From: Setoptus koraiensis
Taxonomy: Eukaryota > Animalia > Arthropoda
Reading direction: 5' to 3'
Length of the DNA: 64,000 nucleotides
NCBI GenBank assembly: GCA_048013815.1
Contig: CM106585.1
Span: 14,074,001 to 14,138,000 of the forward strand
Under the pieces are notes generated by a model. The model was not told where the DNA came from. It saw only the letters and a list, made by a program, of their open reading frames with translations, and searched no databases. Each line of letters opens with the position of its first letter. Within the stretch, counting starts at the first letter, position 1. Positions 17,708-29,681 of this stretch are shown piece by piece. The position numbers were made by a program, and so were the translations under genes.

Positions 17708-19165
17708 ATGATGAAGAAAAAGAAAGAGAATACTTACATTCCACCACCCAGGAGTGGAGCCTACGCCATATTGGTTGCATTGTACAAAGCCGAGACAAAC
17801 GAACATTTATCCCATTTAAATAAGCAACAACTTCAGGATTATGCTCAAAATTATTGTAGCTCGTCTATGACGAAATGTAAACCTAACTCTTTTTACACCG
17901 CATGGTCCTCTATTAAGACGCTCATAGACAAAGGACTTGTTGATAGACAAATTTCAAAAAATTCTGTTTATTCTCTGACGCATCAAGGGAGAGATTTGGC
18001 AAAGAAACTTGTCGAATTCCAGGAGGGTCCCTCTAATGAAGCCAACAAAGCCAAGCCAGCATGCTCCTCAGACAATAGACAGACTGAATCTTGTGATCCT
18101 TCATCATCAAATTCGCGATATGGTTACCTCGATCAAATGTACAGGCAACGAGCCAATTTGCCTGTTGAAGACGACAGCAGTGACGCTGCTTATATCTCCG
18201 AAAGCTCACATCCACCCCCTACAAGGACTGATGGTAATGAGATATTTTTTAGCATTGACGATGATGATGATGCGAGTAACACTGCCAGCAACTATTCCAG
18301 CATCAACTCAGCAAACGGCAGTTCATCATTCACTCTCAAAGCCGGTAGCTATGATATATTTCTGATTATTGATCAGAGAGAAAAGATGGAAATATTCAAA
18401 AAAGAGGGCATCAAAGTGGATAAACGTGTTCTGGCATGCGGCGATTACCTTTGGGTTGCTCGTCCTAAGAATGCGGTGTCTCACAATCGTACCAGAGATC
18501 TAGTTTTAGATCTTGTTGTGGAGAGGAAACGTCTAGATGATTTGGCTAGCAGTATCAAGGATGGCAGGTTCGAAGAACAAAAGCATCGTCTTAAAACATG
18601 CGGCATTAGACGGCCTATGTATCTCATAGAGGACTATGGTAGACCGAAGAATTGCCGATTGAACCCATCCGCTTTGGCTCAAGCCACAACCAATATTGAA
18701 ATTATAGACAACTTAGACGTTGAATATTGTAAGAGTGCTGATGCTGTAACTGATTACTTCATTAGAATGACAAAAACTTTAGAGGAATTTCACAAGTATG
18801 ATGATCTGCACAGTTGCAACCCTCAGCATATCCAGTCTGGTGTGGCAAAATACAATGAATTCATGACATTTGCCAACTTTCAAGCCAACGGCGCAAAAAT
18901 GCACAATTGGACGATAAAAGAAATGTTTGCTAAGCATTTGATGCAAATCAGAGGCATGTCAGCTCAAAAAGTTGCCGAAATTGTAACCCACTACCCCACC
19001 TTACCAGATTTGTTGGATGCCTATGAGATTTGTGATACGGAAAAAGAGAAAGAAGAGATGTTAGCGTATTTGAAAACAGATACAGGGAGAAACTTTGGCA
19101 CGGCCTTGAGCAAAAAGGTTTACACATGTTATTCCAAGAGAAGAGCACTGGAATGTGCGATCTAG
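17708..19165 (+). CDS. MUS81: Crossover junction endonuclease MUS81, intronless, 485 aa from first ATG
   Basis: Winged-helix (YIPPPRSGAYAILVAL...YTAWSSIKTLIDKGLV), ERCC4 nuclease (IIDQRE...GDYLWV...VVERKRLDDLASSIKDGRFEEQKHRL) and C-terminal HhH (LMQIRGMSAQKV...GTALSKKVY). The ORF track starts at an upstream TTG (17642). Confidence 0.93.
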   Translation: MMKKKKENTYIPPPRSGAYAILVALYKAETNEHLSHLNKQQLQDYAQNYCSSSMTKCKPNSFYTAWSSIKTLIDKGLVDRQISKNSVYSLTHQGRDLAKKLVEFQEGPSNEANKAKPACSSDNRQTESCDPSSSNSRYGYLDQMYRQRANLPVEDDSSDAAYISESSHPPPTRTDGNEIFFSIDDDDDASNTASNYSSINSANGSSSFTLKAGSYDIFLIIDQREKMEIFKKEGIKVDKRVLACGDYLWVARPKNAVSHNRTRDLVLDLVVERKRLDDLASSIKDGRFEEQKHRLKTCGIRRPMYLIEDYGRPKNCRLNPSALAQATTNIEIIDNLDVEYCKSADAVTDYFIRMTKTLEEFHKYDDLHSCNPQHIQSGVAKYNEFMTFANFQANGAKMHNWTIKEMFAKHLMQIRGMSAQKVAEIVTHYPTLPDLLDAYEICDTEKEKEEMLAYLKTDTGRNFGTALSKKVYTCYSKRRALECAI

Positions 19166-19706
19166 TCACTTAGGCGCAACAAAATTACTTTATATTGTAT
19201 AACAAAGAAAGAATGACCAAATAAAAAGAAAAATGAAAACAAAATTCTACTATTTTGCACAAAATCATTTCACGATAAACATCTATTTTCATATTGACAG
19301 TCGTCTGCTTATCTTTTTGTGTGATGATAAGCAAGAAATAAGTTTCGATAGTTTGACTGTAGTTTGTCCCTTGCAGTGTCTTTCAAAAAGTACGATATTG
19401 ATTGGATATCATTTATATTCAACTGGGAGCGTGAACTGTGTGTCTATCTAACAAACACACCCTAATATTGTTGCTTGTTTATGCCAATAGAGATGCTAGT
19501 TAGATAGATAAATAGATACTAGACTAGTATAGATGGCTGGATGATTTTTTGTTTTATCGCCAATCATTCGTCCGACTGACAAGGTCTAAAAAGTATATAA
19601 ACAGCAATCATTTGTTAGATGATAAATTCATCAAAGAGATACCAGAATTGAATGAGGGACAAAAGACTTGCTTGGTGTTGGAATCTAAGATATTTGACAA
19701 ACAAAT

Positions 19707-21041
19707 ATGAGGTCCTCAATGTGTTTTAACAATGCCATCGTTGCCTTAATTCTATTGGCATCGTTATTGGCTATATACGCGGAGTCGAACAGTTTCAAGT
19801 TGAGTAATCGTGATTACAAGCGATTGCAGATAAATAAACGAAACTCGGTCAATCAACAAAACAACGAGAAAGATGAGTTAATCAAGCGACCCAAGTTGGC
19901 AAGAATTCCTCTTAAGAAAGTACCAACTGTTCGAGGTGAATTGTACGATATGAATTCGAACCTAACATCACTTCCACCTTACACTATACGCAACAAATAC
20001 ATGGGATCAAACAATGAAAGAGACACAACACCAGAGATCTTATCAAACTATTTGGATACGCAATACTATGGGGAGATAGGCATTGGAACACCGCCTCAAG
20101 TGTTTAAGGTTGTTTTCGACACAGGCTCCTCCAATTTGTGGGTGCCATCCAAGAAATGTTACAGTCCGGCTTGCTGGATTCATAAGACCTACAAAAGCGG
20201 AAGCTCTAGCACCTACAAAGCGAATGGAACCAAACTAGAGATACAATATGGGTCTGGCAGTATGGAAGGATTCCTTAGCACCGATGTAGTGACAATCGCC
20301 GGCTTGCAAATAGTTGATCAAACTTTTGGTGAGGCCGTCAAAGAGCCTGGTCTGGCTTTTGTAGCGGCCAAATTCGACGGTCTATTGGGCATGGGTTTCC
20401 AAACAATATCCGCAGACGGTGTTACAATTCCCTTCGAGAACATGCTCAGACAAAAGCTCGTTTCAGAGCCTGTCTTCTCATTCTATCTCTGTAGAGATCC
20501 TAAAAACACGCCAGGCGGTGAGCTTATCTTTGGTGGTATAGATGATGAACATTATGAAGGATCTATTGTTTATACGCCTGTCACTAGAGCGGCATATTGG
20601 CAATTCAAGGTGGACGGCGTTAAACTGTCTGGCGGTTCCCTGGAGCAGACATTGTCTGACATACCTGCTTGCAATGGCGGATGCCAAGCAATTGCTGACA
20701 CCGGAACCTCGCTGATTGCGGGCCCATCGAAAGAGGTGGAGTTCATCAATGAACAGATTGGCGGCATTAAATTGCCCGGTGGTCAATATATGTTACCCAA
20801 TTGTTCGTCTGATACAATGCCATCTATAATTTTCACTATCAACGGTGTCGATTTTCCGCTGACACCCGAGCAGTATGTCATGAAGATTAGCATGTTCGGT
20901 AGGGACACTTGTATATCGGGATTCTTTGGTATGGACATTCCCAACAACCCGTTGTGGATCTTGGGCGATGTATTCATTGGACCATACTACACAGTTTTCG
21001 ATTATGGACAGAAACGGGTTGGATTCGCCAAGTCGAAATAG
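19707..21041 (+). CDS. CTSD: Cathepsin D-like lysosomal aspartic protease, intronless, 444 aa
   Basis: Signal peptide, propeptide, YLDTQYYGEIGIGTPPQ.F.VVFDTGSSNLWVPS, second catalytic AIADTGTSLIAGP, WILGDVFIGPYYTVFD. Confidence 0.95.
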   Translation: MRSSMCFNNAIVALILLASLLAIYAESNSFKLSNRDYKRLQINKRNSVNQQNNEKDELIKRPKLARIPLKKVPTVRGELYDMNSNLTSLPPYTIRNKYMGSNNERDTTPEILSNYLDTQYYGEIGIGTPPQVFKVVFDTGSSNLWVPSKKCYSPACWIHKTYKSGSSSTYKANGTKLEIQYGSGSMEGFLSTDVVTIAGLQIVDQTFGEAVKEPGLAFVAAKFDGLLGMGFQTISADGVTIPFENMLRQKLVSEPVFSFYLCRDPKNTPGGELIFGGIDDEHYEGSIVYTPVTRAAYWQFKVDGVKLSGGSLEQTLSDIPACNGGCQAIADTGTSLIAGPSKEVEFINEQIGGIKLPGGQYMLPNCSSDTMPSIIFTINGVDFPLTPEQYVMKISMFGRDTCISGFFGMDIPNNPLWILGDVFIGPYYTVFDYGQKRVGFAKSK

Positions 21042-21533
21042 AGACGACACTATTTGCGTGATTTCAATCAATTGAAATAACAATAAACAAGAAAGATACA
21101 TTGTTCAGTATCTTTCTAGACAAAATAAAACTTTGCGGCGAAACAGTTTTCTGGGGCAACCTGTTCCAAATCTGATCCTGTCTAGCCAACACGAGACAGT
21201 TGTGTCTAGACGATTAATTAATCATCCGCCGGTGAAGAGGAAATTATTTCGTATCGGTCCCACTTTTGGATACGCTTTCTGTTTGTTTTTCCATGGTATC
21301 GTGTGCTCATAAGATATCCAAACAGGATGTTATGAGTCAAAAACACAACATGCTGCAGAAATTTATTTATTGAATTATATATTTGCTATCATACAGTAAT
21401 TTACAGTTACAATATTCTACACATTAGTAATATTCTTTGAACAACATCAACAACAATAATTACAATTTCACACAATCATGGCATTTAAAAAAATCTAAAT
21501 TACATTACAGCTAAACAGTGTCAACAACAAGTG

Positions 21534-24500
21534 TCACTGATGATTGCCTGTCTGCTGGGCTCTCTTATTCACCCTAAGCGGAGCTAATCTAACCATCTCT
21601 GGCTGGCTTTTAAATTGATTTTGGTGTTGCACAATTTGCTGCTTCTGTTTGTTTGTTTGTTGATTGTCATGCACAATTAATGAACTTTTTAGATTGACAT
21701 ATTGAGAGTGCAAATGCTGTTGCTGTCGTTGTTGCTGTTTTTGTTGTCTACTTATGTAATCGACAATGGAATTCAATTGTTTCTTATTGATCAACGATGC
21801 CGCCTGAGCTGGCTCCATGGTTGTAGGAGCAGTCAAATTGATTGAGCCATCAATTGAGTTCAACGATGATTCATCTTTGGTCGCTGACCTTTGATTGTGA
21901 TTGTCATTATGATTATAATGTGTCTGCCTCCAATATTGTCCACTAATATTGTTACCAGTCTCAGTTGATCTCTGATTTCCGGAAACGGTATTCGTATAAA
22001 CATTGCTGTTTGATTGTTGTTTAACGCCATGCTTCCGTTTATGTTTGATGCGCTTGTTGCTTGTATTGTTGTTGCTGTTATTATTGTCTAACGTTGTCTG
22101 TCTGACTCTATGTGGAACAAACAATGATTTTGTTGCGACCAGTGACGATGACCTAACGCCCGTATGCGATTGACGGTGCCGCTTGAGATTTGTTCTCGAA
22201 CTGCTGCTGCCGCCAACGTTGTTCATAGTTGCACCGTGACCCGTTCTAGTGTCAGCTTGCATATTTGAGCCGCCTCCATTTGATTGCTGTGTTGTGAGCA
22301 CTTGACTACTGCTGACCAGTTGAGATTTTGAATTTAAAGGGCCAGATGATATGCCATATTGGGCGCCGCCATTGTCTATCACAGTGCTGGGCATATTGGC
22401 CAATTGCTGATCTTCGTCATTGGCCTCAAAGGCCGTATAGCTCAACGAGAATCCCTTGGCATTGACAGAATCGTCCGTACGGAAGGCCAACAATAGAGAC
22501 TCACCTGTCGACACAAACTCTGGTGGTAACTATAGCGATTATATACACAGTGCACCAACAAATGCAATTAGAGAGCGTGGTTAGGTATTTAACTAGCGAG
22601 CGAATGGAGCCTTTGAGCGCAAGGATAGTCTTGTTTGCGATTACAACATTTGAACAGTTGAAATCGTTTAACATTCAACATATTCCTTCACAATCCAACA
22701 CATGATTTGACCACGATTCAGATGAAGGCTCATGCAAACAATTATCACAACTATCATCTTACCTTGTTGCCGCATAAACGCGCCAATTGGGGCACCGAAT
22801 CGTCGGGTCCGTCGTAGATCTCGAGCGAGTCACAGTTGCAATCAATCGCGTGCTCTAATTCAAAGAACTTGAATTTTATTTTTATCCTATGATTCTCGGG
22901 AGCCTCTATCAGCCATTCACAATCCTCGTTTTTGTCGTAGGGACGCTCAAGCTCGGCATGCGAATATATCGAATCGTTTTGGCCTACCAACGCTGGCAAT
23001 CTACCGCCACAAACTAATTGGTGCATCGGATGGACACGGTGACAAAGATGGCACAGATGACCAATTAATTAGACCAATTTTCGATGATTTTTTTTTATAC
23101 AATTTCAACTATCAAGAACTATAAAAATTGTATAAAGTGGGAGCTTACCTGTGGAATGGGTGGCGTTGAAGCCGCGTCTCTCGTTTGTGGCATCCGACCG
23201 GAATAGTAGATAAATTTTGTCGAACGACGACACAAGTGTCAGTGGTTTTCTTGAGCCGCAAAATCGGCCCAACGTTGAATCTTCGACGCTCAATCCATCG
23301 TAAACGGCAACGTGATCATAGGCGCATTCCTGATGATTTTCCAGATCGAATTGATCAAATATTAACTTGATCCGATGACCGGCTGTCGTAGAGAATATCC
23401 AAGCGCATTCTTTGTTTGGTGGATAGGGCGCCGGAAAATTGGGCGAGGAGAAGGTGCCTGTTTAGCGCGTATGATTCGCGTGTTTGGAACAAATCAAAAA
23501 TAGGTATGGTTACAATCAAACATACGAGCACTGATTGGCAAGCTAACAATTTATACCAGAACTACTGGCCACTCAACTCACCTGATGGCGCTGTAATGGA
23601 ATTTGTGCAATGGCCCTCGACACAATTGTGGCCATTCTCGTGCAGGATAAATCCGTTGTGACAGGAACACTGATAAGATCCGATTGTGTTGCGGCAGATA
23701 TGCTGGCAGCCTCCGTTATTTGAGGCGCATTCGTCTTTGTCTTAAAAGTACAGGACACAAAGTAAGGGAATTCGACAAGTTGAATTAAGTTGGCGAATGA
23801 AAGTTGATACGTTGACTGTCCAGTCACCTAACTGAGATCAGTCAGTTACCCGAAAGCTGGAGCTTACCTGTAAAATATTGCGCCACAAAGCCGCTCTTCT
23901 GGACAGAGTTGTCCGAATTGAATTCAATTCCTGCATTGTCGTCGGGGCGACAGATAGTGAACAACGACAAGATTGGCGTTAGCAAACAAATCTATCAATT
24001 TAAGTTCATTAAATTTATTAATGGGCTTGCTCCACATCACTTACTCATTGAGTTGGCTACTGATGTCACCAAAAACGGCTGATTGCGCTGTCCACAATAG
24101 ACGCCGTTCTTCTGATACTTGCCGTCCTCTAATTTGCTCCTAATATCGACATAATCATAATCACAATCTTGATCTTTGCCCTCCAGTTCGAAATGGGTGA
24201 AATTGATGGTTATCTTGTATTTCAGGGGAGCCACAATCTCCCAAACGCACTTGGTGCTCGCCGGATACCTGTCGCAGTTGCGGAATAGTCGGTCAGATAT
24301 CAGTTGGTTACCTGTATCAGTTATAGCCGCGAGAGCAGCAGCAGTCGGATAATTGTCGGAAATTATAATCATAATTGACGGTTGGTACTTACAGATCCGG
24401 AAACGACGGACTATTCAGGGAGCCCATTGAGTCATTTTTGAAGCCGCCGCATGTAGGCTCGCAATTTTTTCCATCGGCCGCCAATTCGTAGCCTATGGGA

Positions 24501-27500
24501 CATTCGCATTTGTAGGGCGACACCTGATTGGAGCATTTGTAGCTACAGCCGTGACTTCCGCTTTGGCATTCGTTAAGTTCGCGCTCAAAAGTTGCGCTAA
24601 AACCTGCCCTATTGACGTCCGAATCGGAGACAAATCTCACCAATAGTTTGTCGGCCGTGGACACAATTTGTTCGGGAACTTTCATGCCGCAATACTTGCC
24701 CAATAGATTGCTAGACAAGCTGTGTCCGTCGCGCACTAAAACATGAAGCGATTATATTGATAGGATTTTATAGTTAAGCCAACGATTGGGGGTCAATTCC
24801 GATGAAAAGTCAATCAGTGAACTTATTATTAGAATAGAATAGCTATGTGTTTTTATGTGTAAACAATGTATATATAGTTGACAACTAACTTACCCTCTAC
24901 GTAGTCGTAGGCGCAGTTGTCGTGACTCTCGAGGTCGAACGAGTCGAATTTAAGCGAAACCTGATACTGTTCGTCCACCTTGATACGCCAAATACATTCC
25001 TTGTTGGCGCGATAATTCTCAGGCCAATTGGGGCTCTGAATGACATTTGTGTTGGCGCCGATTGGGGGCACCTCGTGACGCAAATCGGCGCCATTCTGCT
25101 GCTGACCGTTGGCTACGTTGGTGCCGTTGCCATCTAAGCCAGAGTTAACATTTAAATTAGCATTATCTGGATTAGTTGTTGGTGTAAACGTTGTTGTTGT
25201 TGTCGCTGCTGCTGCTGATGTTGCGCCAGTTGACGTACTGTTTTGACCCGTATTGTGGATGATTATATTATTGGGTGCTGGTGACACTTGCATTTCGGTT
25301 GGTGTGCCCCTGTAGTAGATGTAGCCGCCGCAAATTGTCTCATGGTGGGCGTGAAATCCGCGCTTACCCGCACTCGCCGGGCTAGTCTTGTATGTCACCA
25401 GCATACGATTTCCGCTAGATATAATTGGCTTATCTGGTGCATTATGTCCGCAAATTCTCGCCAACAGTGCCGATTTGTGCCAGTAGCCGTCTCTTATTTC
25501 AAGGTAATCCGTCTGACACAAATGATTGCTTGCAATGGCACTGTTGTTGTTGGGCGCTTGATCTGGTGCCAATGGCACCGTTTGCGCTATTTCCAAGTCA
25601 TTGTTGGTGACGGGCAACTTTGATTGCTCCAGTTTGTTGTTTATTTCCGCTGTCTCAATCGCTATGTCCAAGTCCGTTATCACCAGCTTGATGCGTTCGC
25701 CCAAACTGGCGCTCAATCGCCACTCGCACGTCTCATCTTTCGGCATGTGCTCATGATTTGCTGGCGAAATGTCCAGCGCTGGCTGCACGATTGTCGGCTG
25801 ATTGTTAGTCGATTGATTGACTGGTGATTGATCGGTTGGTGGTTGCAAATTGTCGAGAGCGGATGTGTTTTTGGCGAGCGGCAACAAAGAGGCCGGCGGC
25901 TCGGACGACGACGATTCGTTTCGAGACAAATTGACAATTGTGTCATTGGCCGAGCTGGCGTGAGTTTGAGTGACGTTGTTGGGGCTTTGCTGTTGCTCGT
26001 CTCTTTGCTGCTTGTTGGCTCGCTCGACAAATAATTTGTTGTTGTCAATTAGCGATTTTTGCGACCCGTCTAGGCCGTTGACAGGTGACACTGTCGAGGT
26101 GGACTGTTGTTTGAGGTCGCCAACAGCGCTGCTCACCGCAGCCGGTTGCGCTATAGCTACCGGGCGCGCACTTGTCATAGCTTGTTTGGCTTGTTGTTGT
26201 TGCTGTTGTTGGTGCTGTTGTTGCTGTAGTTGCTGTTGTTGTTGCTGCTCCGTTAGCTTGACATAATTTGCACTGTGAAACGTGCCGTTGGCCTGCTGGA
26301 TGGTTCGGCCGCATTTGGGACATTTGTACAGCATGTTGGTTTGAGCAATGTCGCCCAACGACAAGCGGACCCGCTGACCTATTTCCGGTCGCGTCTTGAC
26401 CAGCATGGGCGGGCTAGCGGTGGTTGGCGCCGATCGGGACACTCTTTGCTGGGTGCCGGTTAGGGGCGTTATCATGGAGTCGAGCTCGTTTGGTACCACC
26501 ATTATGTCGCCATCGACAATCATGATGGCCGGCCCGTGATACGGGCCGGTGCGTGATTTGGTGTTTTGATTGGTCAAGGTTTTGTGAGCAGCGTCAGATT
26601 GCATCATTGATTGCAGTTGCAAATGCATCAGTTGCAATTGGCCGCTATTAGCCCCTGTCTGATTATGATCTTGCTTGGATATGTTAAATTGTTGTTGTTG
26701 TTGTTGTTGCTGCTGCTGCTGCAACAACAATAACTGTTTCAAACGTTGCTGCTGCTGCTCCAATGTCTCCTCTGTATTCAATGGAGCGTGCAAAGGCAAT
26801 ATAGTGTCCAGATAGGTGCTCTTGGCAAAAGTGTTTGTTGCGTAATGCATTATGCTGTCATAATCGTAGGCCAGGCCCAACGAATTCACCTCTTCGCTAG
26901 TTAATTTATTGAAATTATACTCTTGGCCGGCCATGATGTTCTTGTTGATTATTTGTACGTGTTGGTCACGATCTGGCCTAGTGTGCTCGTGCCAAAAGCC
27001 AACAACGTGACCCAGCTCGTGCACGACAATGCCAAATTTGTCGCAATGCTTGCCAATGCTGATGGCCTGGGGACCGTTGCCACGTTTGCCCACAAACGAA
27101 CAACAACCGCACGTTCTCTCTGTGAACACTATGTAGTTGAAATGTTCCTCCGTTCGCTCGATGAATTTAATACAGGTGAAATTTTCCCAATGTCGCATTG
27201 CCTGCTTGAACAGAGCCTTCCTGTCACCGCTAAAACTTGAATCAATTTCATACGGTATGATTGCGTTGTCCCATAGACGCTCTAAGCGGGCTGTGGCCGC
27301 TCTTTTAAGTCGCTGGGGCGACACGGGCCCCGATTTGACTGTCGATGATGCACCTGTGTTGCCCGCGACAACAACAACAACACTAATAGGAGACAACACT
27401 AACAATAGAAAATTTAATAATAATATGACAGCGCTGGCCAATAACACCGGCGACCGCCAACACAGTTGCTTGCGTTCACTGTTCACCTTGACACATTTGA

Positions 27501-27579
27501 ATGATGTTGTTGTTGTTGCTGCTGGCGCTTGCTTGTCACTTGCTGGCAATCTGACACATCTCGGCGTTGCTGTTGACAT
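21534..27579 (-). CDS. tld: Tolloid/BMP1-family astacin metalloprotease (protease-CUB-CUB-EGF-CUB-EGF-CUB-CUB), ~1676 aa
   Basis: Exons 27579-24894, 24735-24393, 24268-24045, 23930-23868, 23740-23582, 23457-23149, 23013-22763, 22529-21534; all GT-AG with compatible phases. RLKR|[10 protein letters not shown] furin site, [19 protein letters not shown] zinc motif, SIMHY Met-turn, five CUB and two Ca-EGF modules. Exact orthology (tld vs tolkin) is not resolved. Confidence 0.93.
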
Positions 27580-27795
27580 TATAACCCCCTGACGATGGCG
27601 CGAAGAAAGAGCTGGTCACTAATTGGTTCAGGCATTAATTAATCAGTCAATCGTTGATTGTTGTTGACGAGCTAGCATCGAATCAACTGTGGCAACGTGG
27701 TCGTAGTTACGCAACCAACTGGCCCACGCACTCAGTCAGCTTCTGCCGCTGATCTGATCACTGGCGAGTCTGATCTGACCTGTTCGCAAACTTAC

Positions 27796-27970
27796 CTTTT
27801 TTGTGCCGGATGTGAATGTTTGTTGTGTGTCGAGATTTGTCGTCGCGGGTTTTCGTCGTGTTGCAGGCGGCGGGTCGCCTTGGCGCGCCGATATTCACTG
27901 GCGAATATTGGTTCACTGGTGGATAGTGGCTCAGTGGCGAGCGGTGGTTCGCTGGCGAGCGGTGGTTCAC
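27796..27970 (-). other. Probable 5' UTR exon of the tolloid gene (5' boundary uncertain)
   Basis: Donor AAAG|GTAAGT at 27796/27795 and acceptor ...CGTCAG|GGGG at 27589/27588, 9 nt before the ATG. The frame contiguous with the ATG has an upstream TGA and no ATG. Confidence 0.55.
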
Positions 27971-28650
27971 TGGTGAATAGTGGTTCAGAGGAGAAGAGTT
28001 GATGGTGTCGCTATTGTGTCAACTTGTGCACTGGCATGGATATCGGTGGAGCTTGATGGCGTCGGCGGTGGTGGTTTGGCGCTCACAAGTTTATGCAAGT
28101 GTTGACAATGTTGTGATCGACCGCTATCAAACGAGACTGACCAGTCATATAGAGATGTCTATTGCGCCGACGACAGCTTGCCGCCAATGGAGCGGTCAGT
28201 GAGTGGTCAGTTTGCGCGAGCAGTGGCAGTAAGTTGTTTGCGCGTGCTCAGGTGAGAGAATGCACAACCGAGCAACAACTACACACACACAAACATATAT
28301 ATAAATGTGTGTGTGTGTCGGGCCAACCACTACAACTGGCACAACTAGAAAGGAATGTTTGCTCAGACATTCCAATGGAACATTCCTTGTGGAATGTTTA
28401 TTTATGTAGATTGATCGCTGTGTGTCTCATGACAACTTGTGCCCCGTACCTGAGACGAGTCGTCTGGCCTCGCTTGTTGGCAGACTGCGCTGCGCATTTT
28501 GTGTATGCCACAGAATGCACAGACCATAGAAGCCGCGCTCCGTTTAGGCTAAGTTAGCTATAGCTACAAGCTCTGGCTTAATTTGGCTAAATTTGGCTGA
28601 ATTGCTATCGCTGCCGGCCTATTAGTTATTGACAGCGGCATCCAACAACA

Positions 28651-28710
28651 GTGGCCAACAACATACAACAGTGGCCAACAACATACAACAGTGGCCAACA
28701 ACATACAGCA
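28651..28710. repeat. 20-bp minisatellite x3
   Basis: gtggccaacaacatacaaca repeated three times (last copy has one change). Confidence 0.9.
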
Positions 28711-29603
28711 GGTGGTATGAGGAGACCGACCGACCAAGAAGCGTTCGAGACGAGCAAAAGGTATTATTATTAGGAATGTGACTCACAGTTTCATCTCTAT
28801 TTCGCTGCGCACCACTTACCGACTTATCGTGGCGCTCGCCTTGCAAATAATTTATTTCCATCCATTTCTGCTACGTGTGCATTATGTCGTCGCTGTTGTG
28901 GCCGCCAACAACTGTTAACAACACACTGACTAGCAGCGCCTAAATCAAGCGTTTGCGTGGGAGTATGCGTCCGTTACACACTGCACTGTTTGCTTAGCTA
29001 CTGTATTTGCCCGCCGCCGCCGCCGCTGTGTGTGCCGTATGCGCCCTGCAGCCACACAGATAATTAGCCCGATTTGGTGTTTGTATTTGACCAATATACA
29101 CTGGTTATGATGACCATTCAATCACAAATGCGCCACTGGCCAACAATGTCGGCCTGAGTGTGTGTGTGTGTCGGCCCAACGGTGACTCGGGCCCGCCAGT
29201 TGAGCGCCGAAAGCCAGAGCGCACCATGACTCAGATATAAATATCTGAGTGTGTGTGCACTTTTTTGCTCGCCCTGCGTCCAGTGACCAACAAAACTAAA
29301 TCATCATCACTGGTGCCGTAATATGCAATGGGCAATTGCCAGCAACTGGTCCATTGTCGCCCGCAATATAATATAATAATATGTTGCATTGAGCTGCTCG
29401 CTGGCCCCAAAATCGCCCAAAGCAAACACAACCAACGGCGCACAAATCAGCCGTCAGCTTGCGCCCGGCTGAGCCGCGCAAAAAGTCGCCGCTGAGGGCC
29501 CCAACGGCGGCCCACGGTGAGCGCTTGAGGCAAAACGGAACATAGGGTCGCTGAGGTCGCGAATGTCAGCCGCTCGTGCTGCCATTAGTTGCCGCCATTA
29601 GTT

Positions 29604-29681
29604 GCTGTTATTGGTCGCTGTTATTGGTCGCTGTTGTTGGTCGCTGTTATTGGTTGCTGTTATTGGTTGCTGTTATTAGTT
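29604..29681. repeat. 13-bp minisatellite x6
   Basis: gctgtt(a/g)tt(g/a)gt(c/t) repeated six times. Confidence 0.9.

Noticed and set aside
28651-29681. Short tandem arrays as possible CRISPR-like repeats
   Set aside because: No spacers, eukaryotic context; ordinary minisatellites.
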